Assembly: GCA_018657765.1 (NCBI GenBank)
Contig: JABHWM010000020.1
Coordinates: 18,786 to 82,785 of the forward strand
DNA: 64,000 nucleotides
Source of the DNA: Minisyncoccota bacterium
GTDB taxonomy: Bacteria > Patescibacteriota > Microgenomatia > UBA1400 > PJMF01
Direction of reading: 5' to 3'
The notes under the pieces were generated by a model that did not search any database, was not told the DNA's origin, and worked only from the letters and a program-made list of their open reading frames with translations. Shown piece after piece: positions 1-10,412 of this stretch. The number at the start of each line of letters is the position of its first letter. Positions within the stretch are counted from its first letter, which is position 1. A program made the position numbers and the translations under genes.

Positions 1-426
1 ACAGATGAAAATAGAGGAAAAATATTAGTAGGGAAAATAGAAATCGGCAAAATATGGATAGATACCCTCAAGGGTACAGGTAAAAAAATGACTTGCATTG
101 AGATAGAAATGAAAGCATTACTACCATTAATCAAAACTCATCCGGCTTACAAAGCTTTACCAAAAACAGCTAGTATAAAAGAACAACTTACTTTTACGTT
201 ACCAGCCAAAACTCAGATTGGACCGGTGCTCCAAACAATCAGAGAAATTGATGGAAACATAAAGCAAGTAACTCTAGATGATGTTTACCAAGCTAACCAT
301 ACTTTTAGTATTGAATATTGGAATGAAAAGAAAAACCTTTCCAATGAACTAATCAAACCATTGAGAGAAAAAATAGTTAAAACTATAGAAAAAGATTACT
401 CAGCAAAATTAGTTGGTAAAATATAA
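1..426 (+). CDS. pheT: Phenylalanine--tRNA ligase beta subunit, C-terminal part (truncated by window edge)
   Basis: Frame is open from base 1. The C-terminus (YKALPKTASIKEQLTFTLP...QVTLDDVY...TFSIEY...LREKIVKTIEKDYSAKL) matches the layout of the ferredoxin-fold anticodon-binding domain. Confidence 0.7.
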   Translation, partial: TDENRGKILVGKIEIGKIWIDTLKGTGKKMTCIEIEMKALLPLIKTHPAYKALPKTASIKEQLTFTLPAKTQIGPVLQTIREIDGNIKQVTLDDVYQANHTFSIEYWNEKKNLSNELIKPLREKIVKTIEKDYSAKLVGKI

Positions 427-447
427 AAAATTAAAAAAGAATTTAAA

Positions 448-1752
448 ATGGTGATTGGCTTATTTTTAAAACAAAAAAATATAGTCTACAACTGGCTAGT
501 AGCTATTATTATTTTCTTGGCACCATTCAATTTATTTTACAAATGGTCAGAAAACTCTGCCTATATAAACGGTATTCTAAGTGACTACCTAATTCCCAAA
601 ATTTGGCTTGTAGAGATACCTATTTTACTTACCTTATTTATATGGGTGATAGATTATCTAAGAAAATTTATTACTGCCTCAAATTCTAAAAAGTCCAAAA
701 CTATTTCAGAAATATTACTAAACATAAAAAATAATAAACTATTTGTAAGTCTATTATTAGCTTTTTTCTTACGACAGTTATTTTCCATAAATTCTTTAAG
801 TAGTTTACTAATTACTTTAAGACTCAGTGAATTATTTTTATTCGGCTTATTTATAAAAAATAATATTAAGTATATTTCTCAAAAAATAATTTATATCGCT
901 ATAACTATAAGTATTTTATTACAGGTATCTCTGGCAAACTACCAATTTTTTTCCCAAAAGAATCTCTTTCCTTACTTTGTATCTGGAGAGACAAATCTAA
1001 CTGGCTCATTAAATATCGCAAAATTGTTCTTTAAAAAAGGAATTTATGTTGCCCCCTATGGCAGTACTGCCCACCCCAATATCCTGGCTGGATACCTAGT
1101 AATTATGATAATTATTTTGACAAGATTAATTCAAAAAAATTCTATTGTTAAAACAACTATTGAAGTTACCAGAAATGAAATAAAAAATAAAAAAATAATA
1201 CAAAAATACTTAGTAGGTTGGCTCGGAATTTCTCTAATTAGTTGGACTTTATTCTTGACTCAATCCTACAGCGCTATTATTAGTTTCATAGTTTTTATAA
1301 CTTTAAAAACATTCCCAAAATTAGTAAAAAAACTTTCATATCTACTATTCTTTATAACAGCGCTAACAATACCTATTATGCTGTTTTTATTATCCCAAAA
1401 AACTTCTTTTATTTCTATTGATAGAAGAGTTTTTCTAAACCAGCAAGCAATTTTATCTTTTACAGAGAATATTCTTTGGGGAACTGGTCTAAATAATTTT
1501 CTATACTCTTTAAAAACAATTAATACTTCAGAAATAGTTCGTTTTCTTCAACCAGCTCACAATATCTTTTTACTTTGGTTAACAGAAACAGGTCTGCTAG
1601 GGATTGCTCTAATAGCTGTTTTACAAAAACAAATAAGGAAACACGTATCACTGCTTACTTTGTTTGTTTTGCTACCAATAGTCAGCTTAGATCATTATTT
1701 TCTTACTCAGTGGATAGGTAATTACATGCTCATACTTATGGTGTATCTGTAG
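448..1752 (+). CDS. O-antigen ligase (Wzy_C/WaaL-like) family membrane protein
   Basis: Many TM segments; motifs YGSTAHPNILAGYL, GTGLNNF, PAHNIFLLWLTETGLLG. Confidence 0.8.
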   Translation: MVIGLFLKQKNIVYNWLVAIIIFLAPFNLFYKWSENSAYINGILSDYLIPKIWLVEIPILLTLFIWVIDYLRKFITASNSKKSKTISEILLNIKNNKLFVSLLLAFFLRQLFSINSLSSLLITLRLSELFLFGLFIKNNIKYISQKIIYIAITISILLQVSLANYQFFSQKNLFPYFVSGETNLTGSLNIAKLFFKKGIYVAPYGSTAHPNILAGYLVIMIIILTRLIQKNSIVKTTIEVTRNEIKNKKIIQKYLVGWLGISLISWTLFLTQSYSAIISFIVFITLKTFPKLVKKLSYLLFFITALTIPIMLFLLSQKTSFISIDRRVFLNQQAILSFTENILWGTGLNNFLYSLKTINTSEIVRFLQPAHNIFLLWLTETGLLGIALIAVLQKQIRKHVSLLTLFVLLPIVSLDHYFLTQWIGNYMLILMVYL

Positions 1753-4459
1753 GAGTTGGAGTTGGAGTTGAACTAGGTTCTGGAGTAGGGGAAGGTGGTA
1801 TATCAGTAGGCTCTGGATCTTTCCAATCAGCCCCACCAGCACCTATCTTGATAGTATTACTCTTAGATTCTTTACCATCTCTAGAAAAAGCTTTGGCATA
1901 AATTTCATGCTTGCCTGTTGAGAAATTAATGTTTCCTTTATAGCTTCTATCATTAATAGTCTCTTTCTTTTCACCATCAACAAAAATCTCTATTTTATCT
2001 ATCCCAGCATCACTACCAGCCTCTATATTCACTTCAATATCATTCTCTCCATAGCTTTTTTCATTCTCTGGTTTTGAGACATGAACATAAACTTCACTAG
2101 CATCTCCACAATACTCTGTTGGTATCTTAAAACGAGAATCATCCTGTCCATTAATCCAGCTCTGGATTGATTCTTGCCATCTATTCTGACCATCCTGACT
2201 GAAAGGATCACTTTCTTTCAAGATAATAAACTCTCTATCAGAATAATCATTAGCGCTTATCTTAGCTTCTGTAGCCAATTTACCTTCATCACCCTTACAC
2301 ATCTTCAATTTTGAATGAATAGGATCTGGTAAAGAGGGGACCGTTCCCTTCAAAAAGTAATCTGATCTACTAGGAAAATCATCATGTTTGGGATATCCAG
2401 AAAGACTATCTACTTCTATCTGTTCAACATCTTCAGGTATCTCCCAAGCTGGAGCGCCATAACCATCATCAAGAGCTGCAAAAATAATTCTGCGCCAGAT
2501 AGGGGAGGCACCAGTAATACCAGAAGCCACCTTGGTCATAGGACTATTATCATTATTTCCTACCCAAGTCCCGACCATTATTTCTTGACTCCAACCAATA
2601 GTCCAGTTATCTCGTTGATCGTTTGTAGTACCAGTTTTTACAGCGATTGGTCTACCTGTATTCAAAAGAGAATTAGCTCCAAAAGCCAGTAACCTAGCAT
2701 TATTATCTGACAAGATATCATTAATCAAGAATGATTCTCCAGTAGTCATCACTCGTTGTCCTTCAACAGCTTTATGTTCAAATAGAACTCTACCATCTCT
2801 GTCTTCTACTTTCAAAATAGCAACTGGATTAACCCTAAGACCTGTATTTGCAAAAGAACTATATGCCGTCACAGTATCCAAAAGATGAACTTCTGCACCA
2901 CCCAAAGTTACAGCTAGACCAAATCTTTTCATGTTGTCATCAGTTGGTTCCAAAGTTACAAAACCCATGTCATAAGCTATCTGTAAAAAATCTTTTACTC
3001 CTACAATAGCGACTCCTTTAACAGCCGGAATATTCAAGGAACTACCAAGACTATTTCTCAAACTAACCGGACCACGAAACTCACCATCATAGTTTTTGGG
3101 TTTGTATTCATCAGCAGATTCATTTGGTCTAAATACCGTTTCTACATCAGAGATCATTGATGCTGGACCATAACCTCTCCTGAAAAGTCCTAGATAGGTA
3201 ACAGGCTTAATAGATGAACCTGGCTGCCTCAATCCATCTGCAGCCACATTGAATTGTCCATCAATATCTTTATCAAAAAAATCTTTACTACCTACCATAC
3301 TAAGAATCTCACCAGTCTGTGGATTCATTACAACTGCAGAACCATTAGTAATATTAAAACTTTCCACACCCTCTACTTCTTCGGTAACGATTGCTTGAGC
3401 TTCTTCATGTAGACCTAGATCAAGTGAAGTAGTAACTTTAAGACCACCTTTTTCTACTAGATCCTCACCAAACATTTCTTCTAATAAGTCACGAACATAA
3501 AACACAAAATGAGGAGCTTTGATATCTGTATCTGTAGAGTTGAATTCTAGGGAATCAAGAGAAGCTATTGCTTCTTCCATTTGGAGTTTTGTAATATTAC
3601 TATTTTTCTCCATTGCACGTAAAACACTCTCTGTTCGAATCCTCCAATATGGAGTTCCTTCATCATTTTTCTTACCTGCAAAAGGAGAATAGACACTAGG
3701 CCTTTGTGGCAATCCAGCCAAAAAAGCTGATTCCACCAAAGATAAATCTACTGTTTGTTTACTGAAATATAATTCTGCAGCTGTACCAACGCCCCAGGCA
3801 GTACCACCATAAGGAGCTTCATTGAGATACATTTCCAAAATTTGATCTTTTGTAAAAGTTCTTTCTATTTGAACAGATAGAACCAACTCCTTGAATTTAC
3901 GAGAGATAGTTCTCTCGTTTGTTAAAAGAGCATTTTTTACTAGTTGTTGTGTCAAAGTAGAACCACCGACAACTCTTCTTTTAAAAACCATGTTGTAAGG
4001 AATACGAACAACAGTGAGAAAATCAAATCCGCTGTGCTTATAAAAATCTTTATCTTCAATAGCAACGGTAGCTTGTTTTAAATACTCTGGAACTTGCTCT
4101 AAAGTAATAGGATTTCTTCGTTCTGTGTCATAAAGATCATAAAGAAGTAAGCCCTCACGATCAAAAAGCTTGGTACTAAAACCTTCTCTACGAATGACTT
4201 CACCAGGTTTAGGAAGATCTTTGGAGTACCAAGCAAACATTGCCAAAAAGCCAACTATACCCACTACAACTCCAATCATAGAAAAGATAGCAATTAGTCT
4301 CATTTTTTTGGCCTTCAAAAGATCTTGTTGAACTTTAGAAAGTCGTGATTTTTTCATTTTACCTCTGGACATACGGATAATATGAACACGAAGTTTTCTA
4401 GTAAGCTTTTTATAATAAGCTCTACCTTTATCTGCTATAGCTGTAAAATTTATCTCCAT
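1736..4459 (-). CDS. Bifunctional penicillin-binding protein 1A family (GT51 + transpeptidase) with C-terminal Ig-like domain and Pro/Thr tail
   Basis: EDKDFYKH, GGSTLTQQLVKN, SIKP (SxxK), SLN, KTGT; single N-terminal TM. Confidence 0.93.
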   Translation of the reverse strand: MEINFTAIADKGRAYYKKLTRKLRVHIIRMSRGKMKKSRLSKVQQDLLKAKKMRLIAIFSMIGVVVGIVGFLAMFAWYSKDLPKPGEVIRREGFSTKLFDREGLLLYDLYDTERRNPITLEQVPEYLKQATVAIEDKDFYKHSGFDFLTVVRIPYNMVFKRRVVGGSTLTQQLVKNALLTNERTISRKFKELVLSVQIERTFTKDQILEMYLNEAPYGGTAWGVGTAAELYFSKQTVDLSLVESAFLAGLPQRPSVYSPFAGKKNDEGTPYWRIRTESVLRAMEKNSNITKLQMEEAIASLDSLEFNSTDTDIKAPHFVFYVRDLLEEMFGEDLVEKGGLKVTTSLDLGLHEEAQAIVTEEVEGVESFNITNGSAVVMNPQTGEILSMVGSKDFFDKDIDGQFNVAADGLRQPGSSIKPVTYLGLFRRGYGPASMISDVETVFRPNESADEYKPKNYDGEFRGPVSLRNSLGSSLNIPAVKGVAIVGVKDFLQIAYDMGFVTLEPTDDNMKRFGLAVTLGGAEVHLLDTVTAYSSFANTGLRVNPVAILKVEDRDGRVLFEHKAVEGQRVMTTGESFLINDILSDNNARLLAFGANSLLNTGRPIAVKTGTTNDQRDNWTIGWSQEIMVGTWVGNNDNSPMTKVASGITGASPIWRRIIFAALDDGYGAPAWEIPEDVEQIEVDSLSGYPKHDDFPSRSDYFLKGTVPSLPDPIHSKLKMCKGDEGKLATEAKISANDYSDREFIILKESDPFSQDGQNRWQESIQSWINGQDDSRFKIPTEYCGDASEVYVHVSKPENEKSYGENDIEVNIEAGSDAGIDKIEIFVDGEKKETINDRSYKGNINFSTGKHEIYAKAFSRDGKESKSNTIKIGAGGADWKDPEPTDIPPSPTPEPSSTPTPTPTDTP

Positions 4460-4564
4460 AGGCTTCTATTGTAACAGAAAAACCTCCTGACGAAATCAAA
4501 GAGGTTAGTATAAAATAAGAAGCGTAACAATCGCTGTAATTAAATAAAAGAGAACAATAATAAT

Positions 4565-5758
4565 ATGAAAAAAACAACATTCCCTACAGAAGAAGTACTC
4601 TCCCGTGGAGTAGCAGAAATTCTACCAAATAAAAAAACTTTTGAAGAAAAAATAAATAAAGGGAAAATTCGTCTCTACCTTGGAATAGACCCAACAGGTA
4701 GTTCTCTTACACTAGGACATGCTGTAGTTTTACGAAAAATCCAGCAGTTTGCAGATCTTGGTCATGAAGTAATTATGCTTATTGGTAACGGTACAGTAAA
4801 GATTGGTGATCCTACTGGTAAAGATAGTACTAGACCAGAACTAACCGATGAACAAATCAATGAAAACTTTAAAAACTGGAAAGCACAAGCCAGCAAGGTT
4901 CTAAATTTTGACAAAATAACGATCAGACACAATGGTGACTGGCTAGACAAAATGACCATGCCAGATGTTATTAAACTAATGGCCAAAGTCACTGTTCAAC
5001 AACTTCTAGAACGAGATATGTTCCAGGAACGTCTCAAAAATGGTCTACCTATTCATGGACATGAAATTATGTACCCAATGCTCCAAGGATATGATTCTGT
5101 TGTTATGGATGTGGATCTCGAGATAGGTGGTTCGGATCAAATGTTCAACATGATGGTTGGTAGAACTTTACAAAAAGTTTACAACAATAAAGAAAAATGG
5201 GTCCTTACTACACCGATTATTAATGGCCTAGATGGTCGTAAAATGAGTAAGTCATACGGCAACTACATTGCTATAACTGAAGATCCAATCAATATGTACG
5301 GTAAGCTTATGAGAATTGCTGATGAAATGATTATCGAATACTTCACTTTATTAACTGATATTCATCAAGAAGAATTAGATGAAATCCAAGCAGACATTTC
5401 TGCTAACGGTAATCCAATGCTCTGGAAAAAGAAACTAGCCTGGGAAATAACTAATATCTATCACTCAGAAGATGAAGCAAATAAAGCTCAAACTCATTTT
5501 GAAGATACTATTCAAAACAAAACAGTCTCTGAAGCTAGTGAAAAAATACAAAAAAATGAGCTTGAGAATAAAACCGTTTTAGAAATAGTCTCTATGTTAA
5601 CTAAAGAAAGTAACAGTCAATCTAGAAGACTTATAGAACAAGGAGCTTTTACTTTACTTCCAAAAGAAGAGAAGATCACTGATCCTCAAGCTGTGGTAGA
5701 TTTATCTACGGTAACTGGGCTTAAGATAGGTAAAAGACGTTTCTATACATTAGTTTAG
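4565..5758 (+). CDS. tyrS: Tyrosine--tRNA ligase
   Basis: YLGIDPTG, HIGH-like TLGH, YPMLQGYD, GGSDQ, KMSKS, C-terminal S4-like domain. Confidence 0.96.
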   Translation: MKKTTFPTEEVLSRGVAEILPNKKTFEEKINKGKIRLYLGIDPTGSSLTLGHAVVLRKIQQFADLGHEVIMLIGNGTVKIGDPTGKDSTRPELTDEQINENFKNWKAQASKVLNFDKITIRHNGDWLDKMTMPDVIKLMAKVTVQQLLERDMFQERLKNGLPIHGHEIMYPMLQGYDSVVMDVDLEIGGSDQMFNMMVGRTLQKVYNNKEKWVLTTPIINGLDGRKMSKSYGNYIAITEDPINMYGKLMRIADEMIIEYFTLLTDIHQEELDEIQADISANGNPMLWKKKLAWEITNIYHSEDEANKAQTHFEDTIQNKTVSEASEKIQKNELENKTVLEIVSMLTKESNSQSRRLIEQGAFTLLPKEEKITDPQAVVDLSTVTGLKIGKRRFYTLV

Positions 5759-5793
5759 AAAAACTAGATTTAAAAACTATAAATAAGGATAAA

Positions 5794-5895
5794 ATGTCTC
5801 GCAAAAAAAGAGAGAAAATGATTAAAACATTTGCGATAGTAGCTATTATCGGCATGATTGTCAGTAGTATTGCTAGCTTATTCTTTTATCTGTAA
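5794..5895 (+). CDS. Small single-TM protein, 33 aa (MSRKKREKMIKTFAIVAIIGMIVSSIASLFFYL), not in the ORF track
   Basis: ATG 5794 to TAA 5895 fills the tyrS-recG gap; AAGGA upstream; basic N-terminus followed by one hydrophobic helix. Confidence 0.7.
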   Translation: MSRKKREKMIKTFAIVAIIGMIVSSIASLFFYL

Positions 5896-5926
5896 AGATT
5901 ACTAATTTTTGTTACACTAGCAACTA

Positions 5927-7960
5927 ATGTACCGTTTCGATGAATCCATCAATGTAGTCAAAGGTGTTGGCCCAACTTTGGCTAAAGATCTGAATAAAAA
6001 AGATATCTTTACTATCTTGGATTTATTATTACGCCTGCCATTTCGTTATGAAGATAGATCTCAAATGGTCACTATTGATCAGCTGGAAATAGGGGAGTTG
6101 GCTACTTTTAGAGCTCATGTAATTAGTATATCTACCTCATATCGTGGCAGAAGAGTGATGGCTAGAGCTACTCTTCAGGACACAACTGGGAAAGTCACTG
6201 CTTTTTGGTTCAATAACCGCTACATAGGATCCCAGCTAAAAAAGGGTAGTGAGTGGTATTTTTCTGGAAAACTAAACGAAAAAAGAACTATTACCCAAGC
6301 AACTGTAGAAAAAATATCAAATGAAACTATTCATACTGGCAGGCTGGTCCCTTTATATTCTGTAATTGGTGAACATATGAAGATAGGCACCTTCCGTAGA
6401 ATAGTCAAAGAAATTACCGATAGGCTAGATGATCCTACTCAAAGTTTAGATACTCTTTTAAATGAAAATAAAGAAAATCTACCAGAAAAAACTTTATCTT
6501 TATCCAAATCGCTTAGAACTCTTCATTTCCCAGAAAATACAGAAGATGTCCCAGCTGCTAGAGAAAGATTAGCTCTAGAAGAATTACTCAGTCTGATTCA
6601 ACACTCTCATAAAATAAAAGCAGAGTGGAAAGATAAACACAGTTCATTTCCTATAAAACTTCCAGATGAAAATACAAAAGATTTCGAGAGTTGGTTGCCA
6701 GACAAACTTCCGTTTTCACTAACTCAGGCTCAAGATAGATCTACTCATGAATTACTAGAAGATCTGCAAAATGATATTCCAATGAATAGATTATTAATCG
6801 GTGATGTTGGTTCTGGAAAAACAGTGGTTGTCGGTATTGGGTGTTTTGCAGCAGTAGAACTTAATAAAAAAAATGCTGTGATTGTGGCTCCTACACAAAT
6901 CCTAGCTCAACAACATATTAAATCACTAGAAAAACTATTCCCATCACTTTCTATCCAACTTCTCACAACAAAAGAAACAAAAAAATTCACAGTAAATAAA
7001 AAACCAACTCTTTATGTTGGAACACATGCTGTATTAAATAAACTAGAAGAAATCGATCCTGTTTTTATTGCTTACGATGAACAACACAGGTTTGGTGTAA
7101 AACAAAGATCTGTCCCACTCATGAGTCACGGTACACCTCACATCATGACTCTTTCTGCTACACCTATCCCTCGTAGTTTGATGCTCACTCTTTTTTCCCA
7201 TCTAAGTCTGAGTGTAATTGATAAAATGCCACCAGGTAGAATTCCTACTAAATCATGGCTCATTAAAGACAGTAAAAAACAAGACTCTCTTGCTTGGATT
7301 ACCAAGACTTTACAAGAAACAAAAGGTCAAGCACTTATCGTCTGTCCTTTTATCGAGCCATCTTCTCAAGAAACATTATCTGCTGTAGCTGCCGCAAAAG
7401 ACTTATTCAAATCCACAAAAAAATACTATGCAAAAAATGCTCCAGAATTTAAAGTAGGGTTGTTACATGGGAAACTTCCCGCTAAAGAAAAGCAGCAAGT
7501 AATCAAAGAAATATTCGATCACTCGATAGATATTCTAGTCACAACTCCAGTTGTTGAAGTAGGAGTAGACCTACCAAAAGCCAATATCATTGTCATCGAA
7601 GCTGCCGAAAGATTTGGTCTAGCTAGTTTGCATCAGCTAAGAGGAAGAGTAGGACGTGCTGGGCAAGAAAGTTTCTGCTTATTATTTAGTAACTCATCTG
7701 CTCCAGAGACAAAAAATAGACTTAAGATATTCACACAAGAAACAAATGGGTTGAAGCTAGCAGAAAAAGATCTCAGTAATAGAGGAGCAGGTGACCTTTT
7801 TGGATTTCAACAACATGGTTTTGATTCTTTACGTTTTGCCTCTTGGACAAATATAGAATTAATAAAATCTGCTCATACTTTTTTTCAACAATTAAAAGAT
7901 ACAACCTGGAAACCTCTTTTTGTCTTTTCTAGAAAAGAGCAGACACCTACAAATAATTGA
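5927..7960 (+). CDS. recG: ATP-dependent DNA helicase RecG
   Basis: GDVGSGKT, DEQHRFG, SATPIPR, HQLRGRVGR, OB wedge domain. Confidence 0.96.
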   Translation: MYRFDESINVVKGVGPTLAKDLNKKDIFTILDLLLRLPFRYEDRSQMVTIDQLEIGELATFRAHVISISTSYRGRRVMARATLQDTTGKVTAFWFNNRYIGSQLKKGSEWYFSGKLNEKRTITQATVEKISNETIHTGRLVPLYSVIGEHMKIGTFRRIVKEITDRLDDPTQSLDTLLNENKENLPEKTLSLSKSLRTLHFPENTEDVPAARERLALEELLSLIQHSHKIKAEWKDKHSSFPIKLPDENTKDFESWLPDKLPFSLTQAQDRSTHELLEDLQNDIPMNRLLIGDVGSGKTVVVGIGCFAAVELNKKNAVIVAPTQILAQQHIKSLEKLFPSLSIQLLTTKETKKFTVNKKPTLYVGTHAVLNKLEEIDPVFIAYDEQHRFGVKQRSVPLMSHGTPHIMTLSATPIPRSLMLTLFSHLSLSVIDKMPPGRIPTKSWLIKDSKKQDSLAWITKTLQETKGQALIVCPFIEPSSQETLSAVAAAKDLFKSTKKYYAKNAPEFKVGLLHGKLPAKEKQQVIKEIFDHSIDILVTTPVVEVGVDLPKANIIVIEAAERFGLASLHQLRGRVGRAGQESFCLLFSNSSAPETKNRLKIFTQETNGLKLAEKDLSNRGAGDLFGFQQHGFDSLRFASWTNIELIKSAHTFFQQLKDTTWKPLFVFSRKEQTPTNN

Positions 7961-8009
7961 GTTTTTCAGTCTTGTTTCTTGAGAAAATTATCCGTATCAT
8001 GGTATTAAT

Positions 8010-8810
8010 ATGAAAAGATTTCTGAGGTTTTATAATCATAGTAATTCTGGTCAGGTAGGCCTAATTATTTTACTCATCATGGTGGTGATTCTTTCGTTAG
8101 GACTATCTCTAGCTACTAGAACATCACAACAAGCAGAAATAGCTATCCAACAAGAAGATACAACCCGTGTGTTTAACGCTGCTGAATCTGGAGTAGAAGC
8201 AGCCTTAGCAAATATTTACCAACATGAAGAAGCTGGTGATGTTGATGGTATTTCTGAAGATATTTCATCTTTAGATTTATTAGAAAGTAACTCTGATATC
8301 AACTACAACATTACTAAAAGTAATATCCTAGAAACTCACCTAAAGCAAGGAACTAGCACAGAACTGCAAGTGCCTGCAGCAGGTAGTATTAGTTTCTACT
8401 GGGCAACAGAACTCAGTTGTGAAGATACCGCTTCTATTCTACTTTCAATCTATGCAGATGATGGCTCTGATGTAACTGCTAGACATTATGCTGTTGGAGA
8501 TTGTACCGGAGCTAGTACCAGAGGAGATAACTTTATAGCCAACTCAGCAGGACCTGCCCCATATCAATATGCATACACTCTTTTTACATCTGCAAATGAT
8601 GTTTTTGTTAGAGTGAAACCTGTCTACAGTGATACCGATATAAAAATAGTTGGTTCACCTGCTGTCAGTCAATTTACCATTAACTCTCAGGCTCAAAACT
8701 CTTTGGCCGGAGAAGAAACTAGAACATTCGAAGTAAAAAGAACTCTTTCTACTGCACCGGCATTCATGGAGTATGCCGTGGTTAGTGGAAGCTCTATTAT
8801 TAAAAACTAG
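8010..8810 (+). CDS. PilX-like minor pilin / pilus assembly protein
   Basis: SG|QVGLIILLIMVV prepilin-like N-terminus without E5, and AAESGVEAAL motif; lies upstream of pilM. Confidence 0.75.
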   Translation: MKRFLRFYNHSNSGQVGLIILLIMVVILSLGLSLATRTSQQAEIAIQQEDTTRVFNAAESGVEAALANIYQHEEAGDVDGISEDISSLDLLESNSDINYNITKSNILETHLKQGTSTELQVPAAGSISFYWATELSCEDTASILLSIYADDGSDVTARHYAVGDCTGASTRGDNFIANSAGPAPYQYAYTLFTSANDVFVRVKPVYSDTDIKIVGSPAVSQFTINSQAQNSLAGEETRTFEVKRTLSTAPAFMEYAVVSGSSIIKN

Positions 8811-8818
8811 AAAATAAA

Positions 8819-9826
8819 ATGCCTGCCACAGCTATAGATATCGGCACTTACGCCGTCAAAGTCATCACTGCTGATCCTGGAAAACAACCTAATATTCATA
8901 GAGTTGTTGAGGTAATAAACCCATTTGGGACATCTCTTCCTACTGATGATTTACAAATAGAACAAATAGGAGAGCTTGTAAATAATCTTATTTTTGATAA
9001 TAAGATACCTCATAACGATGTTAGATTGAGCTTACCAGAGTCAATGGTTTCCTCAAAAATAATTTCTATTCCACCTCTTACTGATGCAGAGTTAGCTTCT
9101 GCCATAGGCTGGCAAGCAGAGCAACATATTCCTATTCAAAAAGAAGATCTTTCCTTGCAATATAGAATCTTGTTCAGACCAGAAAAAGGAGATACTCAAA
9201 CCCCTATGAGAGTCCTTCTCATCGGAACTAGAAAATCTATTGTAGAAAAATATGTAAACATGTTTATCTCGATGGGAATAGAACCAACTATTCTAGAAAC
9301 TCATGTTCTCTCCATCCTAAGATCTCTAGATATAACTCCAGAAGAACCACCTACAATGGTTCTTAACATGGGAGCAACTAATATGGATGTTGCTGTTGTT
9401 TTCAAAGGAGAAATTCAATTTGTTTTCACTCACACAGGAGTTGGTGCCTTACTTACAAAAACACTCCAACAAATTCTTGGTCTTGACCTTCAGCAAGCAG
9501 AGCAATATAAACGCTCTTATGGACTAGATCCCAATCAATTTGAAGGAAGAGTAAGAAATGCTCTACTACCAACTGTTAATACACTAGTCAGTGAAATCCA
9601 AAAAGCACAAAGATACTTTGTCAGTCAGTTTCCTCAACATAAACTATCTAGGATAGTAGTAACTGGTGGATCATCCCAACTACCAGGATTGGTAGAACAC
9701 ATATCAGAAACTCTAGGTATCGAGATACTTTTTGCAGCCCCTTTTGCGACAGCTACTGGTGAAGTTCCAACAGAAAATCAACAAACACTATCTGTTTGTT
9801 TAGGATTATTGATGAGGGAAGTCTAA
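8819..9826 (+). CDS. pilM: Type IV pilus assembly protein PilM
   Basis: Actin-like fold motifs AIDIGTYAVK, LNMGAT, VTGGSSQLPGL. Confidence 0.9.
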   Translation: MPATAIDIGTYAVKVITADPGKQPNIHRVVEVINPFGTSLPTDDLQIEQIGELVNNLIFDNKIPHNDVRLSLPESMVSSKIISIPPLTDAELASAIGWQAEQHIPIQKEDLSLQYRILFRPEKGDTQTPMRVLLIGTRKSIVEKYVNMFISMGIEPTILETHVLSILRSLDITPEEPPTMVLNMGATNMDVAVVFKGEIQFVFTHTGVGALLTKTLQQILGLDLQQAEQYKRSYGLDPNQFEGRVRNALLPTVNTLVSEIQKAQRYFVSQFPQHKLSRIVVTGGSSQLPGLVEHISETLGIEILFAAPFATATGEVPTENQQTLSVCLGLLMREV

Positions 9827-9830
9827 AGAT

Positions 9831-10412
9831 ATGCTAGAGATTAATTTTCTCAGCCAGCGAAGACTCACTTTGACAAAAGTTGAAGAAAAAGATGTTGTCT
9901 ACCAAAAATATAGTTCTTGGGTATTTGGAGGAGTCTTACTACTTTTTTCTATCGCTGCAGGATTTAATATTTTTTTCACCCAACAACTCAAAAAAATTAA
10001 TACCAGTGAAGAACTCTTTACAAAACAAATAGCTGGTGAAGAATCAACTGAACTTACATACCTTGTCTTTGCCCATAAATTAAAAACTGTCAAAAAACTT
10101 TATCAAAATAGAAGTAATAAACAACAAGCTATTGATTATTTTTCAAACCTTTTTGGTAACCAGGTATTTTTATCTGGAATGAACTATGGGGGAGACACTA
10201 ATGAACTCTCTCTAAGATTAACTAGTGAAAATGTCTTTGCTTTAGAAAAAATTCTAAATACATTGGATTCAGAAAATGTAAAAAACTCTTTTTCATCCGT
10301 CACTAAAAGTGGCCTGAGAAGAGATAATAATGGAAGCTACAACCTTGATATTGCTATAGAATTACTAAAACAAGGAGAAATTAAAGAAGAGGAGAGTGAT
10401 GGCAACACTTAA
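9831..10412 (+). CDS. pilN: PilN-like pilus assembly protein
   Basis: INFL N-terminal motif, one TM, coiled coil; follows pilM. Confidence 0.7.
   Translation: MLEINFLSQRRLTLTKVEEKDVVYQKYSSWVFGGVLLLFSIAAGFNIFFTQQLKKINTSEELFTKQIAGEESTELTYLVFAHKLKTVKKLYQNRSNKQQAIDYFSNLFGNQVFLSGMNYGGDTNELSLRLTSENVFALEKILNTLDSENVKNSFSSVTKSGLRRDNNGSYNLDIAIELLKQGEIKEEESDGNT

Noticed and set aside
448..1752. O-antigen ligase as the pilin O-glycosylating enzyme (TfpO/PglL-like)
   Set aside because: Plausible, but the gene is not adjacent to pilin genes and the sequence alone cannot separate this from other Wzy_C functions.
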